Shown here piece by piece: positions 26,120 to 38,839 of a stretch of 64,000 bases of DNA. Origin of the DNA: Octopus sinensis (taxonomy: Eukaryota); the NCBI RefSeq assembly GCF_006345805.1, contig NC_043007.1:36890001-36954000 (forward strand), in the 5' to 3' direction. The notes beneath the pieces are model-generated. The model was given only the letters and a program-made list of their open reading frames with translations, was not told the DNA's origin and made no database searches. Position 1 is the stretch's first letter; each line of letters starts with the position of its first letter. The position numbers and the translations under genes were made by a program.

Positions 26120-26253
26120 CGCGGGCGTAGCTGTTTGCTAAGAAGCTTGCTTCCCAACCACATTGTTCCGGGTTCAGTCCCAATGCGCGGCACCTTGGGC
26201 AAGTGTCTTCTACTATAGCCTTGGGTCGACCAAAAGCATGTCAGTGGATTTGT
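26118..26253 (+). mobile_element. SINE family A, 5' part
   Basis: GGCGCGGG..GCTGT head, GGTTCAGTCCC and TGGGCAAGTGTCTTCT. Confidence 0.75.
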
Positions 26254-26381
26254 TTGACCCGTCCTTGTTTTCTTTTTACCGTCTGTCTAGATGTTTTTCG
26301 TTCTTGTCCCATATATATATATATATGTATTGATTAAGTCTTCCTGTTTGTTTTTGCAAAATAGTGGTTTTGTCTCAAATA

Positions 26382-26425
<44 letters not shown>

Positions 26426-26519
26426 TGTGTGTATTTTTCCCTTGTCAACAATTAACACGGAAAAATAGACAAATAGTTACCAGGGTAGCAAAAAATCAAG
26501 TAAAAAGTTGTAACTCCTT

Positions 26520-26950
26520 TATGTCAAGTAACTCTAAAATTAAAAATTCTATATACCAGTGTAAAATTACTACTCGTAATGAAGTATATTTTTATATAAG
26601 AAGCACATGTTCCCAGTTATCTAAAAGAATTTCTAATCATTACTCTACATTTAGGAATAGGAATAAACGTAACAGCACAGGGCTTAGTAAATTAATTTGG
26701 GAACTAAAAGACCACAATAAACAATTTAATATTTAGGTTGGTTGATTCCCTCAATCTCGATACCTTATGACAAGGGCAAGGAATTCTGTCTTCTCTGTAA
26801 TTCTGAAATATTTTTTTTTCTAAAAATGCCCCTTGTATACACGGTTATAGAGCGTGCGTACCGATGTAAACATTGGCAGAAACACACCTTTAGTTCATAT
26901 AAGTGATTTCTATCATTATATATAATTTAAACATTAATTTTCTTCTTACA
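26520..26950 (+). mobile_element. Penelope-like element GIY-YIG endonuclease remnant
   Basis: IYQCKITT...YFYIRST...KRISNHYSTF...TGLSKLIWELKDHN, then PYDKGKEFCLLCNSE. These motifs match the PLE endonuclease C-terminal region. Confidence 0.75.
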
Positions 26951-27598
26951 TTTCCCATTCACTAGATATATATGATCAACTAACTCTGTATCGCCTCTTG
27001 CCTATTATTATTATTATTATTATTGCTTTTGTTATTGTTGTTGTCATTGTTGAGCTTGTTTTTCTTTTAACGCAAATCATCCTTTATCAAGCTGATTACA
27101 ATCAAAGGCGTTCCAGTCGAGACCATCCAATTTTTAAAATTCCAACAGAGTGTACATCTAGGACTACCTATTCTAACAATATCATTTTTTGAAGCACGTC
27201 AATTGATTTGAAGGAGTATTCGCTGCTATCTCTACAGACCATGTATCAGTTACCCGGTTGGAGTGTAGTGTAAGCGATATGGCGTATCAGCCTCGTTCTG
27301 GTCACTCTTTACATGTTATTACTGCTTTGCTTTCAGCTTATCATTTTGTTAGCCTCGTTTCTCTATTGATTTTGATTTTTTTATCTACAAATATATTAAT
27401 ATATATAGCTTTGTTTGTTTGTTTGTTTCCTTCTTAGTTTGATTTTTGTATATGTGGATTACGTATGAGTGTGTATATATATATATCTATTTCTATGTGT
27501 GTGAGTGTGTGTATATGTGTGTATTTGTCTCACTTTTATTAATTATTTCAAACAGTTTTATTGGTGCACATATTATTATTAATGTCATTTTATTATTA

Positions 27599-27640
<42 letters not shown>

Positions 27641-27977
27641 GTTGTTGTTATCAATTTCTCTGAACTACTCCTGTCATCTAACAAAACCAGTTTACTCGTA
27701 AACATGTCATAGCAAGCGCTTGAAATCGTTAAAAAACACCAGTCCTTAGTCAAACATGCCCCGCTCACTGCGTGTTATAGCATTCTCCCACCACCACCAC
27801 CACCACCACCGCCACCACTACCATCGCCGCCGTGCGCCACCACCATAACCACCACCACCACCACCACCACCACAACAGCACCACCAGCACCACCACAACA
27901 CCACCAACACCACCACAACAACACCACCACCACCACCACACTACGACCACCATCACACTTCTTCTTCTTCTTCTTCA

Positions 27978-28026
<49 letters not shown>

Positions 28027-28894
28027 TCTCCTCATCTCCCTGTCTTTCATTTTCAATCTTTCTACACCAAGTATACACTTTTTTACTTATCAATGTATAT
28101 ATATATATATATATATATATTGAATGCTTGCCTTATGTATGAACCTATGCATTAAGTGTAAATAAATGTATTCGCTAATATATGTACACATATATATACA
28201 AATATACACGCGTCTATGTTTATGTGTGTGTGTATGCGTGTGTATGTGCATCTATGAATGTATTTGCCTATATTTCATCCTATGCACCACCGCATATATA
28301 TTTATGCATACAGAATATACATGCTTACATACATAGATACATACATACATACATATATATATATATATACGAAACCGGTACTGAAATGTTCACTATAAAA
28401 TTATTTTAGCATTTTCTATTTTTTACTTGTTTTTTCATATATATATATATATATACTTATGTACACACATACATGCATAGATCTATGTGATTGTTTGTAG
28501 TTATGAAGATATCACACACACACGCGCGCGCGCGCGCTTATATGTCATTCAGAAATAACTTCGTAAACTGTCCGGTGGATAGAACGAAATGAAATTTTCA
28601 CTTTGGCGCTAGGCGCTGTTTATTTTGTTGTTGTTGTTTTGTAGTAACTGAGTTGTACGCTATTCAGAAATACAATTAAGTAAACCACGCTCTCATACTC
28701 ATAAAAATCAACACCAGGTGTTGATTTTGATACTGTTTGGTTCAATCCACCCTTTTCCCCGAAGGTCATAATTTATGATATGATACAATGCCTCATCAAC
28801 AAATTGAGGTTTCAAATTTTGGCGCAAGGCCGGCAATTCTGTAGCAGGTGTTAAGTCGAATACACGGACGCCAATGCTCAACTGGTACTTATCG

Positions 28895-29120
28895 GCGAGC
28901 TGGCAGAATCGTTAGCACGCCGGACGAAATGCTTAGCAGTATTTCGTCTGCCATTACGTTCTGAGTTCAAATTCCGCCGAGGTCAACTTTGTCTTTCATC
29001 CTTTCGGGGTCGATTAAATAAGTACCAGTTACGCACTGGGTCGATATAATCGACTTAATCCGTCCGTCTGTCCTTGTTTGTCCTCTCTGTGTTTAGCCCC
29101 TTGTGGGTAGTAAAGAAATA
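28895..29120 (+). mobile_element. SINE B1 nested in an opposite-strand B2-type copy, 11-bp TSD
   Basis: GGTACTTATCG at 28884-28894 and 29121-29131. The host copy is homologous to the uninterrupted 34070-34225. Confidence 0.88.
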
Positions 29121-29200
29121 GGTACTTATCGACGACCACGAAAGGATAACAGGCAAAGTCGACCTCGGCGGAATTTGAAGTTAGAACTCACTAACACATA

Positions 29201-29608
29201 GGCGTAGGAGTGGCTGTGTGGTAGGTAGCTTGCTTATGAACCACATGGTTCCTGGTTCAGTCCCACTGCGTGGCACCTTGGGCAAGTGTTTTCTGCTATA
29301 GCTTCGGGCCGACCAAAGCCTTGTGAGCGTATTTGGTAGACAGAAACTGAAAGAAGCCCGTCGTATATATATATAAATGTGTGTGTGTGTCTGTGTATAT
29401 GTTTGTGTGTCTGTGTTTGTCCCCCAACATCGCTTGATAACCGATGCTGGTGTGTTTACATCCCTGTAACTTAGCGGTTCGGCAAAAGAGACCGATAGAA
29501 TAAGTACTAGGCTTACAAAGAATAAGCCCTGCGGTCGATTTACTCGACTAAAAGCGGTGCTCCAGCATGGCCACAGTCAAATGACTGAAATAAGTAAAAG
29601 AGTAAAAG

Positions 29609-29610
<2 letters not shown>
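29201..29610 (+). mobile_element. SINE family A, full length
   Basis: Head GGCGTAGGAGTGGCTGTGTGG, with an (AGTAAAAG)n tail running into (GA)n. Confidence 0.9.
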
Positions 29611-29656
<46 letters not shown>

Positions 29657-30012
29657 ACAAATATCAACAAGAAACTTAAAATATTTTTCAATAGAAGCAA
29701 TATAAAAGGCAATTATTGTATCCCCCCAAAATATATAAAATAATTTCGTACCATAAGAATATAAACTCATAACACACTACCAATCGAACAATTCAAGGAG
29801 GAGATAAATGCAATTTCCGAAACACTGATTTGTGTACTTTGGATAATACATGTACGTGTAACTACATTTTATATATATTAGATTAGTAGAACAAAAGAAT
29901 ATATAGTACCGTGTTTTACAGTGCCAAAACAAGAAACCCATTTAATAGCAGATATGACTAACATTTCCAATTATTTTGAAATGCAGTATACTGTACACTA
30001 TATATACATACA

Positions 30013-30228
30013 CAGGATGTTCACGAATTACATTTTGCAATTTGAAAAATTTAGAAATAAAAAATAGGTATCACAGCTGATGCATGCAACCAATGGAGCT
30101 CACATGAAAGTGTTCTGATGTTTCTAATAAATCTTTATTTGTTTGCCTATGTTTTCCAATAAATTCTACTGAGTTATTAATTTTTTTCTGATTTTTTCAA
30201 ACTGTAAAGGTAATTTATGGACACCCTA
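30013..30228. mobile_element. Tc1/mariner-type MITE
   Basis: Imperfect TIRs of about 35 bp: CAGGATGTTCACGAATTAC... versus the reverse complement TAGGGTGTCCATAAATTAC... Confidence 0.6.
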
Positions 30229-30241
30229 TGTATATACACAG

Positions 30242-30580
30242 GTGAAGGCGCATGGCTCAGTTGTTAGAAAATCGGATTCACAATCATGAGGTAGTGAATT
30301 GGATTCCCGGACTGGGCAGTGTGTTGTGTTCTTGAGCAAGATATTTTATTTCATGTTGCTCCAGTTAACTCAGCTGTAGAAATGAATTGCAGTGTCACTA
30401 GTGCCAAGCTGTATCGGTCTTTGCTTTCCGTTGGATAACATCAGTGGTATGGAGAAGGGAAGCCGGTATGCATGGGCAACTACTGGTCTTCCAAAAACAA
30501 TCTTATCCGGACTTGTGCCTTGGAGGGTAACTTTCTGGTTGCAATCCCATGGTCATTCATGACCGAAGGGAGTCTTTACT
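30242..30580 (+). mobile_element. SINE family C
   Basis: Homologous to 25714-26052. Confidence 0.82.
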
Positions 30581-30712
30581 CTTTATCCTATATGTTCTTT
30601 TCTTCTCAAGATGGGCCTCGGCACCTGAAATATAGAGGTTTTATTAAACTTCCCGCATTGTCTGAAGCTTTCTATCTTCTCTTTTTACCTTCTTATGTAC
30701 ATAGACACACAC

Positions 30713-30745
<33 letters not shown>

Positions 30746-30934
30746 ATGTACATAGGGTTATGATCCAAGCTGTGTCCTCGTGAAGCACAACTTCTTATTC
30801 CAGTACCTCAAATATTGATGTTATATTTGTCCGTGATATCCATTAGAGTAGAAATATTTTTTTGCAGAGTTTTTACATATCAAAACAGGAGATCCGTAAA
30901 AAATGTTTTGGTAAAAACTTTTGATTTGCTTTTT

Positions 30935-31116
30935 ATTTGCTAAAAGGAGTTACAGAATTGTACATGTAGGGGAAACATGTAAGATATCTCCTGTTAGAAA
31001 TTCTCCAGACAGAGAATCAAATAGTATTATTTGATTCCCTGTCTGATGAAATTCTTATATAAGGTATTTTACTTGCTTCTCCTACATGTACAATTTTGTA
31101 ACCCCTTTTAGCAAAT
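30935..31116. repeat. Foldback (hairpin) element, about 182 bp
   Basis: Outer arm TTTGCTAAAAGGAGTTACAGAATTGTACATGTAGG and inner arm CAGACAGAGAATCAAATA are both mirrored. Confidence 0.8.
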
Positions 31117-31142
31117 GAAACACATGTAATGGTAAATAAATA

Positions 31143-31325
31143 ATCCTTTCTACCATAGGCACAAGGCCTGAAATTTTGTGGGAGTTGACTAGTCGATTAC
31201 ATCGACCCCAGTTATCGATTGGTACTTATTTTATCGATCCCGAAAAGGATGAACGGCAAAAACTCAGAACGCAAAGACGGACAAAATGTCGTTGAACATT
31301 TTTCCGCATTTAAATTGACTGCAAC
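31143..31325 (-). mobile_element. SINE B2, degenerate
   Basis: CACAAGGCC...GTCGATTACATCGACCCCAG...GGTACTTATTTTATCGA. Confidence 0.7.
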
Positions 31326-32411
31326 CTTTTCTTTTAGCCTTAACTTGAGGTACGAATGACCCAAGATACAAAGATTTTTTTTGCGAAATTTCATGCTTTT
31401 GTATTTTGAGATACGAGTGAAAATTGAGATGCTAATTAATTTCCAGTCACATTTTCCCGCTCGCTAGGAAATTTGAAAACTTTGTCAGCCCTGATTATTT
31501 ATTTTATTTTGTTAGTGAAGGTTTGCTTTCATGGTGGTCTTTATCGATTTTTTAACATGCTCCCCCTTCATCTTCAACAAAGCCGCCAAATTTGCGATAA
31601 TTAATTACCCAGTGCAGCTGCACCTCTGGGTCGGCTCAGAATCTGCAGAGGCTCAGTCAAACGCGTTAAAAAACATACGCGATGGAAAGGCGGATCACAT
31701 TGCTAGTCATGGTATATTCTAGTTGCAATCTATTTTAAAATGAAATGATATGCATACCGAAATAAATATCAAGCTACATCGAAATAGCCTAAAGTTTTGC
31801 ATATTATATTTTTAAGTTAATGTTTCTGCTAAACTAAGTTTAGCATGGTATCACGAGGCACACTGTGAAAATATCCGCCATACTTAAAGCAACACGAGTT
31901 GTGCTATTTTTCAATTTTCACTGATATTTCAGTGATTAAGAACCTTTCAGCTTTCCATTTTACATCGTGGCTTTAACAGAGAGCAATAATCCAAAGACGA
32001 TGTATGCAATCCTATCTGTAAGTCTAAAGTTGGAGCTTGAAAGGAGGTTAGAGGTTGGTGCTTTGATGATTTGAGGTTATGAAGAGCATCATGCTAAAAG
32101 GCAAGTAGTTTCGAATATATGCAAGACCAAGTATGAAGTAGTAGTATTTTCTTTGAAATATATTGCTGATGCAAATGCCTAATCATTATCTATTGGTGCA
32201 AAGAAGCGTATAAACTTCGAAATATATAAATCCAAAAGGAGGCAACGACAACATGATTTATCCATTAACGGCTCTGCGACTCTGCAATCACGGCGTCTGT
32301 GACATAGAAATCCAAAGTGGTGCTGCCAAACTACCTAGGCATATAGGTATAATGAATTCCTAAGTTGGTGATGAATAAATAACCGTGATTCCGAAATGGG
32401 TAATAATATTG

Positions 32412-32622
32412 ATTTCAATTTCTGGTACAAGGTCAGCAAGTTCGGGGGAGGGGGTTAAGTCGATTTCATCGATCCCAGTGGTCAACTGGTACTTATTTTA
32501 TCGACCCCGAAAGGCTGAAAGCTAAAGTTGACCTCGGCAGAATTTGAAGTCAGAACGAAAAGACGGACGAAACGCCGCTAAGCATTTTGCCCGATGCGGT
32601 AACGATTCTGCCAGCTTGCCGT
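32412..32622 (-). mobile_element. SINE B2
   Basis: Full head (GGCAAGCTGGCAGAATCGTT on the minus strand) and B2 tail. Confidence 0.82.
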
Positions 32623-32899
32623 CTTAAAATGAATAATATTAGAATGCGTAATGTAATTATTCTTGTTGAAGCAGGCTGTGCACTAAACGAGGGAATCGAA
32701 CCATTCAAGAAGTGGTTGGGAGATCTAACTAATATGGAATGGAATAAACGAACTCTTAAGAATGAAGACTCTAAACGTGATTGTAAATTAAGGAATATTT
32801 TTCAAGATTTTCCTATGCAAAAGCTGACAGTATGTATTTCTTAAAACTAGTGGAAGCTGTAGTGGGATGATCTGCACGACTGCGGGTTTTGAAAGCCAT

Positions 32900-33600
32900 A
32901 ATGCACTGGGTTCTAGAGCATTTTACTACTCCAAGAAATCTTTGTTCAGCTGGTAATATCTTTAATGACTGGTTTTTCTTGCATTTTATTCCTTCAGCGC
33001 GTAAATATCAACTTTCTGCTGTTGAAGGCGGATTAATTTTTGACGGTGCACCCACTCACTCTGAAGGTTACTGACCTGTCGGTAATGATGGCAAAATAAG
33101 GCGCATGTTCTTCCCCCGCCTCCCTCAATGTTACGTCCACGACCAGCTCAATGGATCAAGATGTAATTGTAACCGATGGAGATAATTGGACGAAATTCTC
33201 GAGATGATAGAAGGGGATAATCTGCAGTCTTAGAGAAGACCCAATTACAAAGAACTTCTAGAACCATTACTTTAAGCCCGTAATACTCAACATAACAAAG
33301 ATGCTGAATTGGCTGAATCGTTAGCACGCCGGGCAAAATGTTTTGCAGCATTTCATCCGTCTTCACGTTCTGAGTTCAAATTCCTCCGAGATCGACTTTG
33401 CCTTTTATTCTTTCAAAGTCGATGAAATAAGTACCAGTTGACCACTGGGGTCGATGTTATCGAACTTGCTGGCCTTGTGCCAAAAATTGAAATCATTATT
33501 CAAATTGTCAGCTTCAAAGAAGGCCCTGAAAAGGACTACCGTGACCAATGCTTGGAAAAACACTTCTGTGCAATGTGAAGGTAGAGGAAGATTTTAAAGC
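32900..33600 (+). mobile_element. Tigger/pogo transposase remnant, interrupted by SINE B2 (33300-33495)
   Basis: FNDWFFLHFIPSARKYQ...LIFDGAPTHS...DGKIRRMF.P...MDQDVI matches the pogo DDE region. Confidence 0.65.
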
Positions 33601-33744
33601 ATTCGATGTAAAGCATTATCATCGAATAACTATTCAGAGGGCAGCTGAAACGGAAGTCACAGAAAATGACGTCAGAACCTGGTGAAGAAACACAAAGCGT
33701 AACCCTGGATCTCAAGTTTTAACAGAAGAAAAGGTAAACGAAGT

Positions 33745-33880
33745 TGTTGTCGTCGGTGGCAGTGGTGACGACGACGACGACGATAATGATGATGTTGACG
33801 ATGATGATGATTATGATGATGATGATGATGATGATGATAATGGTGATGATGATGATGATGATGATGATGGTGGTGGTGAC
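33745..33880. repeat. (GAT/GAC)n microsatellite
   Basis: Directly visible. Confidence 0.95.
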
Positions 33881-34591
33881 AAAGCATTGTCCAAGAAGCT
33901 TAAGCTCTTTTGTCATCCGAGAGCACTTAGATAGCATCACCTAGAACATTGGCTTAATAAGAGAAACTGATATTCAGTAACATTATCAAGATCTTTGAAC
34001 CTCAAGGGAACTCATCCGGTATTAGCGTTAGCAAGCAGATAATTGAAAATCAACTCGTTTTCTTCGAACCACTTCGTCCAATTTCGGCACAAGGCCGGCA
34101 ATTCTGGATCAGATGTTAAGTTGAATACATGGACACCAGTGCTCAACTGGTACTTATGTTATCGACGATCACGAAGGGATAACAGGCAAAGTCGACCTCG
34201 GCGGAATTTGAACTTAGAACTCATCAACATCTATTCGTCCAGTTCAGCTGCAGATGTTAAGTCTGCTGATGATATTGCTGACTCACCAACTGTTGACTTA
34301 GTCCCTCCGCAGCCACCTCGGATTTCCATGTGTGCGAAACAAGAACCAGTGGGGCATCATAGCTTTACTAACTCATAATGAAAAGTTATTACCACTTAGG
34401 AGTATCTTGCAAAAGAGTGTAGAGAGTCTGAAACCCGGGCTGCGCCACACCTCTTGAAAATAAAGTCGATGCTCCAGTTATTTTATATTGAATAACTCGT
34501 GGTTGAAAGCATCAAACTCATTTGCCATCCACCACAAGTAAACGAAACTAAACAATTACGGCATTAACTGCTTTAAAAAAAATTTTACTTA

Positions 34592-35478
34592 CGAGGTAGT
34601 ATCAAAAGGTTCCTCGATTGGTTATGTTTAATAAAAACTTATTTACCAAAGTTTTAACACTATCTCCTTTGAAATAGTCACCTTGTGCAGCAATACACTG
34701 GTCCCAGCGTTCCTGGCACTTTTGGAATCCGGTCTTGAAGTCGTTTTCTGTAAGTGAGTTGAAGACCTATAATTCACTCTGAATCTCAACAGCGATGTTA
34801 AAACAGCGACCTTTGAGTTGCATTTTCATTTTAGGGAAGAGATGGAAGCCCGCAAGTGTTAAATCTGGCGAATAGGCCGGGTGCAGAAGCGATACTATGT
34901 TTTTGGCGAGAAACTCACGAATGAGGAGAGCTCGATGACAGGATGAATTGTCGTGAAGAATCCAATTCTTCGCACTCCGTCGATTCGGTCGCTTTCTCCG
35001 AATGTTCTCCCTCAAACGCTTCAAAACATCGCAGTAGAACTTTCGATGGACAGTCTGGCTCTGGGGGACAAATTCTCAATGTTCAGTACCGCATTTCCAG
35101 GGTGACCCCCGTGGCAGGTCTTCCAGGGTCGTCTTTCCGCTTTTGAAGCACCAATGCCACTCGAAACATTGCGTACGACCCATTGCTTTGTCGCCGTAAC
35201 CTTATCGAAGCAAGCTCAATATCTCTGTAGCAAACTTCTCAAGTTTAATGCAAAATTTTACGTTGGCTCTTTGTTCCTGTCCATGACAAAATCACAGACT
35301 ACAGCATACACGTGATTACAGAAACACAAATTTCACAACTTGCAAAGTAAACACAGCAATGTCACTAAACACACTGTCTCATGAAGGTCACCGTTAACTC
35401 TCACTACGTTCGCAACCGTATGCTGCCAGCTGTTGGCGCGCTACAGAACTAGTCCGGGAACGATTTGATACTACCCTG
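34592..35478 (-). mobile_element. Internally deleted mariner transposon with both TIRs
   Basis: TA-CGAGGTAGTATCAAAAGGTTCC versus the reverse complement TA-CAGGGTAGTATCAAATCGTTCC. Residual ORF: ILHDNSSCH...HPAYSPDL...LFPKMKMQLKG. Confidence 0.88.
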
Positions 35479-35664
35479 TACTTTTCTATTTTTACTTGTT
35501 GGGCCAGTATCAAAGGACAGTGCCCATGGCCTTTGCAAATCCTCCTAAATCACTGAGTGATGTCAATAATGTTCATCTTGAATTTTCATTGGTCAACATC
35601 TGCAAGAAAACCATGAGCCAGGAAGGAATTCCAGAAGACCAACGTTTGGTAATAAAGGACTAGG

Positions 35665-35905
35665 TGTCTTAATGTTTATGTGCGCGTGGGTGGTGGTGGC
35701 CTGAGGGTTTGTACACCAGGATAATGGAGGAAGGAGAGATGAGTGGGATGGGAATGCTTAAATGGGGGTGGGTTAGCCCAGCTAAGTCTGAAGAGCAGAA
35801 GCCATTATAGCAACTGCAGAGAAAGGAGACGGCGCACCTGTTGGCCATAAGTTGGCGCATGTCACTGTGAGTGACCTTATGTCAATCACTCGAGTGGTTA
35901 TTTTC
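35665..35905 (-). mobile_element. CR1/L2-group LINE remnant
   Basis: LYRIQKITTRVI...NRCAVSFLCSCYNGFCSSDLAGL resembles the post-RT region of L2/CR1 elements. Confidence 0.5.
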
Positions 35906-36219
35906 TGGATGCGATATAGGATGTGTGTGTGTGTGTGTGTGCAGTAGCAGTAGCACTGTTTCAAATGCGAGACCAAAATTCATTTGAACATATCACTTGA
36001 GCTTTGTAGAATATCAATAATTGTTAACTGTTGGTGTCTGAAGTATCTGCTGGCCTTGAAGAAGAAGGGCTAGTCGTTAAGGTGAAATCCTAGCTATGTT
36101 GATGATGTGCTTTCGTCTCGAGAAAACCTCGGTGATAGTGAGGGAACCAACAATTGGAGCGATTGTGATGGAAATATCAGGCTGAGTAAAAAGTAAGCAA
36201 CGTTTTGAAATATGAAATT

Positions 36220-36427
36220 CTCTTTACTCTTTTACTCTTTTACTTGTTTCAGTCATTTGACTGCGGCCATGCTGGAGCACCGCCTTTAGTCGAGCAAATC
36301 GACCCCGGGACTTTTTCTTTGTAAGCCCAGTACTTATTCTATCGGTCTCTTTTGCCGAACCGCTTAGTGACGGGGACATAAACACACCACCATCGGTTGT
36401 CAAGCAATGCTAAGGGGACAAACACAG

Positions 36428-36480
<53 letters not shown>

Positions 36481-36645
36481 TACGATAGGCTTCTTTCAGT
36501 TTCCGCCTACCAAATCCACTCACAAGGCATTGCTCGGCCCGAGGCTATAGCAGAAGACACTTGCCCAAGGTGCCACGCAGTGGGACTGAACCCGGAACCA
36601 TGTGGTTGGTAAGCAAGCTACTTACCACACAGCCACTCCTGCGCC
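36220..36645 (-). mobile_element. SINE family A, full length
   Basis: Head GGCGCAGGAGTGGCTGTGTGG and (AGTAAAAG)n tail. Confidence 0.92.
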
Positions 36646-36685
36646 TATTCATTACAATATTTTTCAACAACGCAGAAATTTTATA

Positions 36686-37061
36686 CATGCCGGATCAGAA
36701 GGTTGGTCTCGTTTCATATAGCCTTGTTCTGCGAGATGCACCATCTCTTTGGCAGCTTCGTGCATGCTGCATGCTCTTTCGTAACGAACAGCAGCTTTTT
36801 GAGTCTCAATATGAGCCTCTTTTTCCCTCATCCTTGCATCATAATATGGTCGAGCTTTATCAATGCATGCACCCAGCTTTTTAGACATTGCATTAAGTTG
36901 CTGTGTCGACTCAGAGAGTTCTTGTCGGAATGCTGCCCGAGCATCGTCTAATTCAAGTTCCAAGGCGTTTATTTCTTCAGAGGCTTTGTTTAGTTGCTCA
37001 AGTTCAATCTGAATGCGGGGATCTAAAACCTCGTCCTCCCCGTTAGATAACCATACATCAA
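36686..37061 (-). pseudogene. SH3BP5L: Intronless, doubly truncated SH3BP5-like coding fragment (probable retrocopy; a true exon is not excluded)
   Basis: EDEVLDPRIQIELEQLNKASEEINALELELDDARAAFRQELSESTQQLNAMSKKLGACIDKARPYYDAR...ETQKAAVRYERACSMHEAAKEMVHLAEQG...DPA closely matches SH3BP5L/parcas. It has no stops and ends just before the expected WQEMLNHA. Confidence 0.8.
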
Positions 37062-37840
37062 TACAATCAACACATTTTTGCCGACAAGTTACAAGTTTGT
37101 TTATTCTGGTAATATAAAAATCTGGAGTTTTGGAGCTGATGAACTCTTTGAACGCACTTTCAGCATCGGTTTGATTTTTGAACCCCTCTCGCTGGAAACC
37201 ATCAAGGTGCTTGAAAAAGTGGTAGTCAGCAGGAGAAAGGTCTGGGGAATAAGCTGGGTAGGGAAGAACTTTCTAGCCAAGTTTCCTCAACTTCTGGAAA
37301 CGTGTGAAACGTGTGGTCGGGCATTGTCATGAAGAATGATTGGCTCTCTTTTGTTGACCACTCTGGGACGGAGGAGTGGCAGTTTTTCGTTGATTTTGGA
37401 AATTTCGTGGCAATATGTTTCTGCAGTAATGGTTTTACAGGGTTTTTAAGAATTTATATTGGACGACTCCGGCAGTACACCACCAAACAGTCACCATTAC
37501 CTTCTTTTTGAAGACTTCGGGTTTAGGAACGATTTTGGTGCTTCATTTTGGTCCAACCACTGCGAAGGAGGTTTTTTATTATTGTGCAGAATCCGCCTTT
37601 CATCGCAAGTTACAATACGGTCGAGAAATGGATCGGTCTGGTTACGGAGAAGAAGCGACGAGCAAATTTCATATCTGCGCATTTTCTGATTTTCATTCAA
37701 GTTGTGTGGTACCCATTTCTCGATTTTTATTTTCCGATCGCATGCAAATGGTTGCAGGCAGTTTTCTAGCTAACTTGAAGTTCTTTTGCCAGTTCTCGAG
37801 TGATTTTACGTGGATCTTTCTCAATTACTCTCTTATGATC
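37062..37840 (-). mobile_element. Hsmar1-like (cecropia-type) mariner transposase remnant
   Basis: DPRKITRELAKEL...KWVPHNL...RRYEICSSLLLRN..DPFLDRIVTCDE...YSPDLSPADYHFFKHLD...RINKLV..RQKCVDC. Stops and frameshifts occur upstream of 37273. No TIRs were seen. Confidence 0.9.
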
Positions 37841-38346
37841 AAAAACAAGCCCATACCATTACTAATCCGCCTCCGAATTTGACTGTAGGGATTGTATTCT
37901 TTGGTCTATTATTAGCTGGTCTTGCCAGTTTTCTTACTGTACGCTCCACTAATTACGTGGGCGACCGGAGCGGACTAGAGGGAGAATAGAATTTGTTAAC
38001 AATTACGTATTATAGTACCAACTGAACTCAGGGGGTACATTAAGCTGTGCAGAGATCTTTCTGTACCAATTGCCACTCTTATGAAGGTCAACAATATGCA
38101 CACGGAGGTCGTGACTAATTTGTTTATTTTTACCCATGAAGATGATATTCTCTCTACGGTAATATTGTCAGAACTGATGCAATGGCTATACATGCTCACA
38201 AACGAAACTTCTTGAATTTTTTTTAGAACACTGTAGATATTCTGAAAAAAACCCCAAACAAACAAATTATTTTTATTCAAAATATCTGGAAAATTATTCA
38301 ATTGAGTCAAATGTGTTGTAAACTTTTGCGTTTTGAAGTTCAACTT
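37841..38346 (-). mobile_element. Sleeping-Beauty-like Tc1 element, 5' end with an internal deletion
   Basis: ATG at 38137 reads MGKNKQISHDLRVHIVDLHKSG...LSSVGTIIR, then RSGRPR and PKNTIPTVKFGGGLVMVWACF. A TIR-like GTGTTGTAAACTT...TTCAACT lies at about 38312-38345. Confidence 0.82.
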
Positions 38347-38569
38347 TTTTTCCACATAATATTTTTTCTGTTCATTATTATGTATTTGATGCATTGAATA
38401 TATTACAAACAACTTCATAAATGGTGGAAATTTCATTAACATGCGTTAACTCAATATATGTAAACATGGATTTTTTACTGCGTATATATGATATATAATA
38501 AATACTCAAATACATAGATACATACATATAGTATATATACATATTAATGTTTGTTTTTGTATGCATGCA

Positions 38570-38651
<82 letters not shown>

Positions 38652-38839
38652 ATGAATAGGAATAAAATGGAGTTAACGCAGGTTTAAACAAGTATTTTTT
38701 CTTTCTACATATGTTTCAAAAATTCCACTGATACTTATCAAAAGAATAAAAGGTATAAACAATGCAATCTTTTCGGAAAGGGAAAAAACGAAACTTGTCA
38801 ATACGACATTTTAGCAAAAAATGATGGATTCGTATAGCG

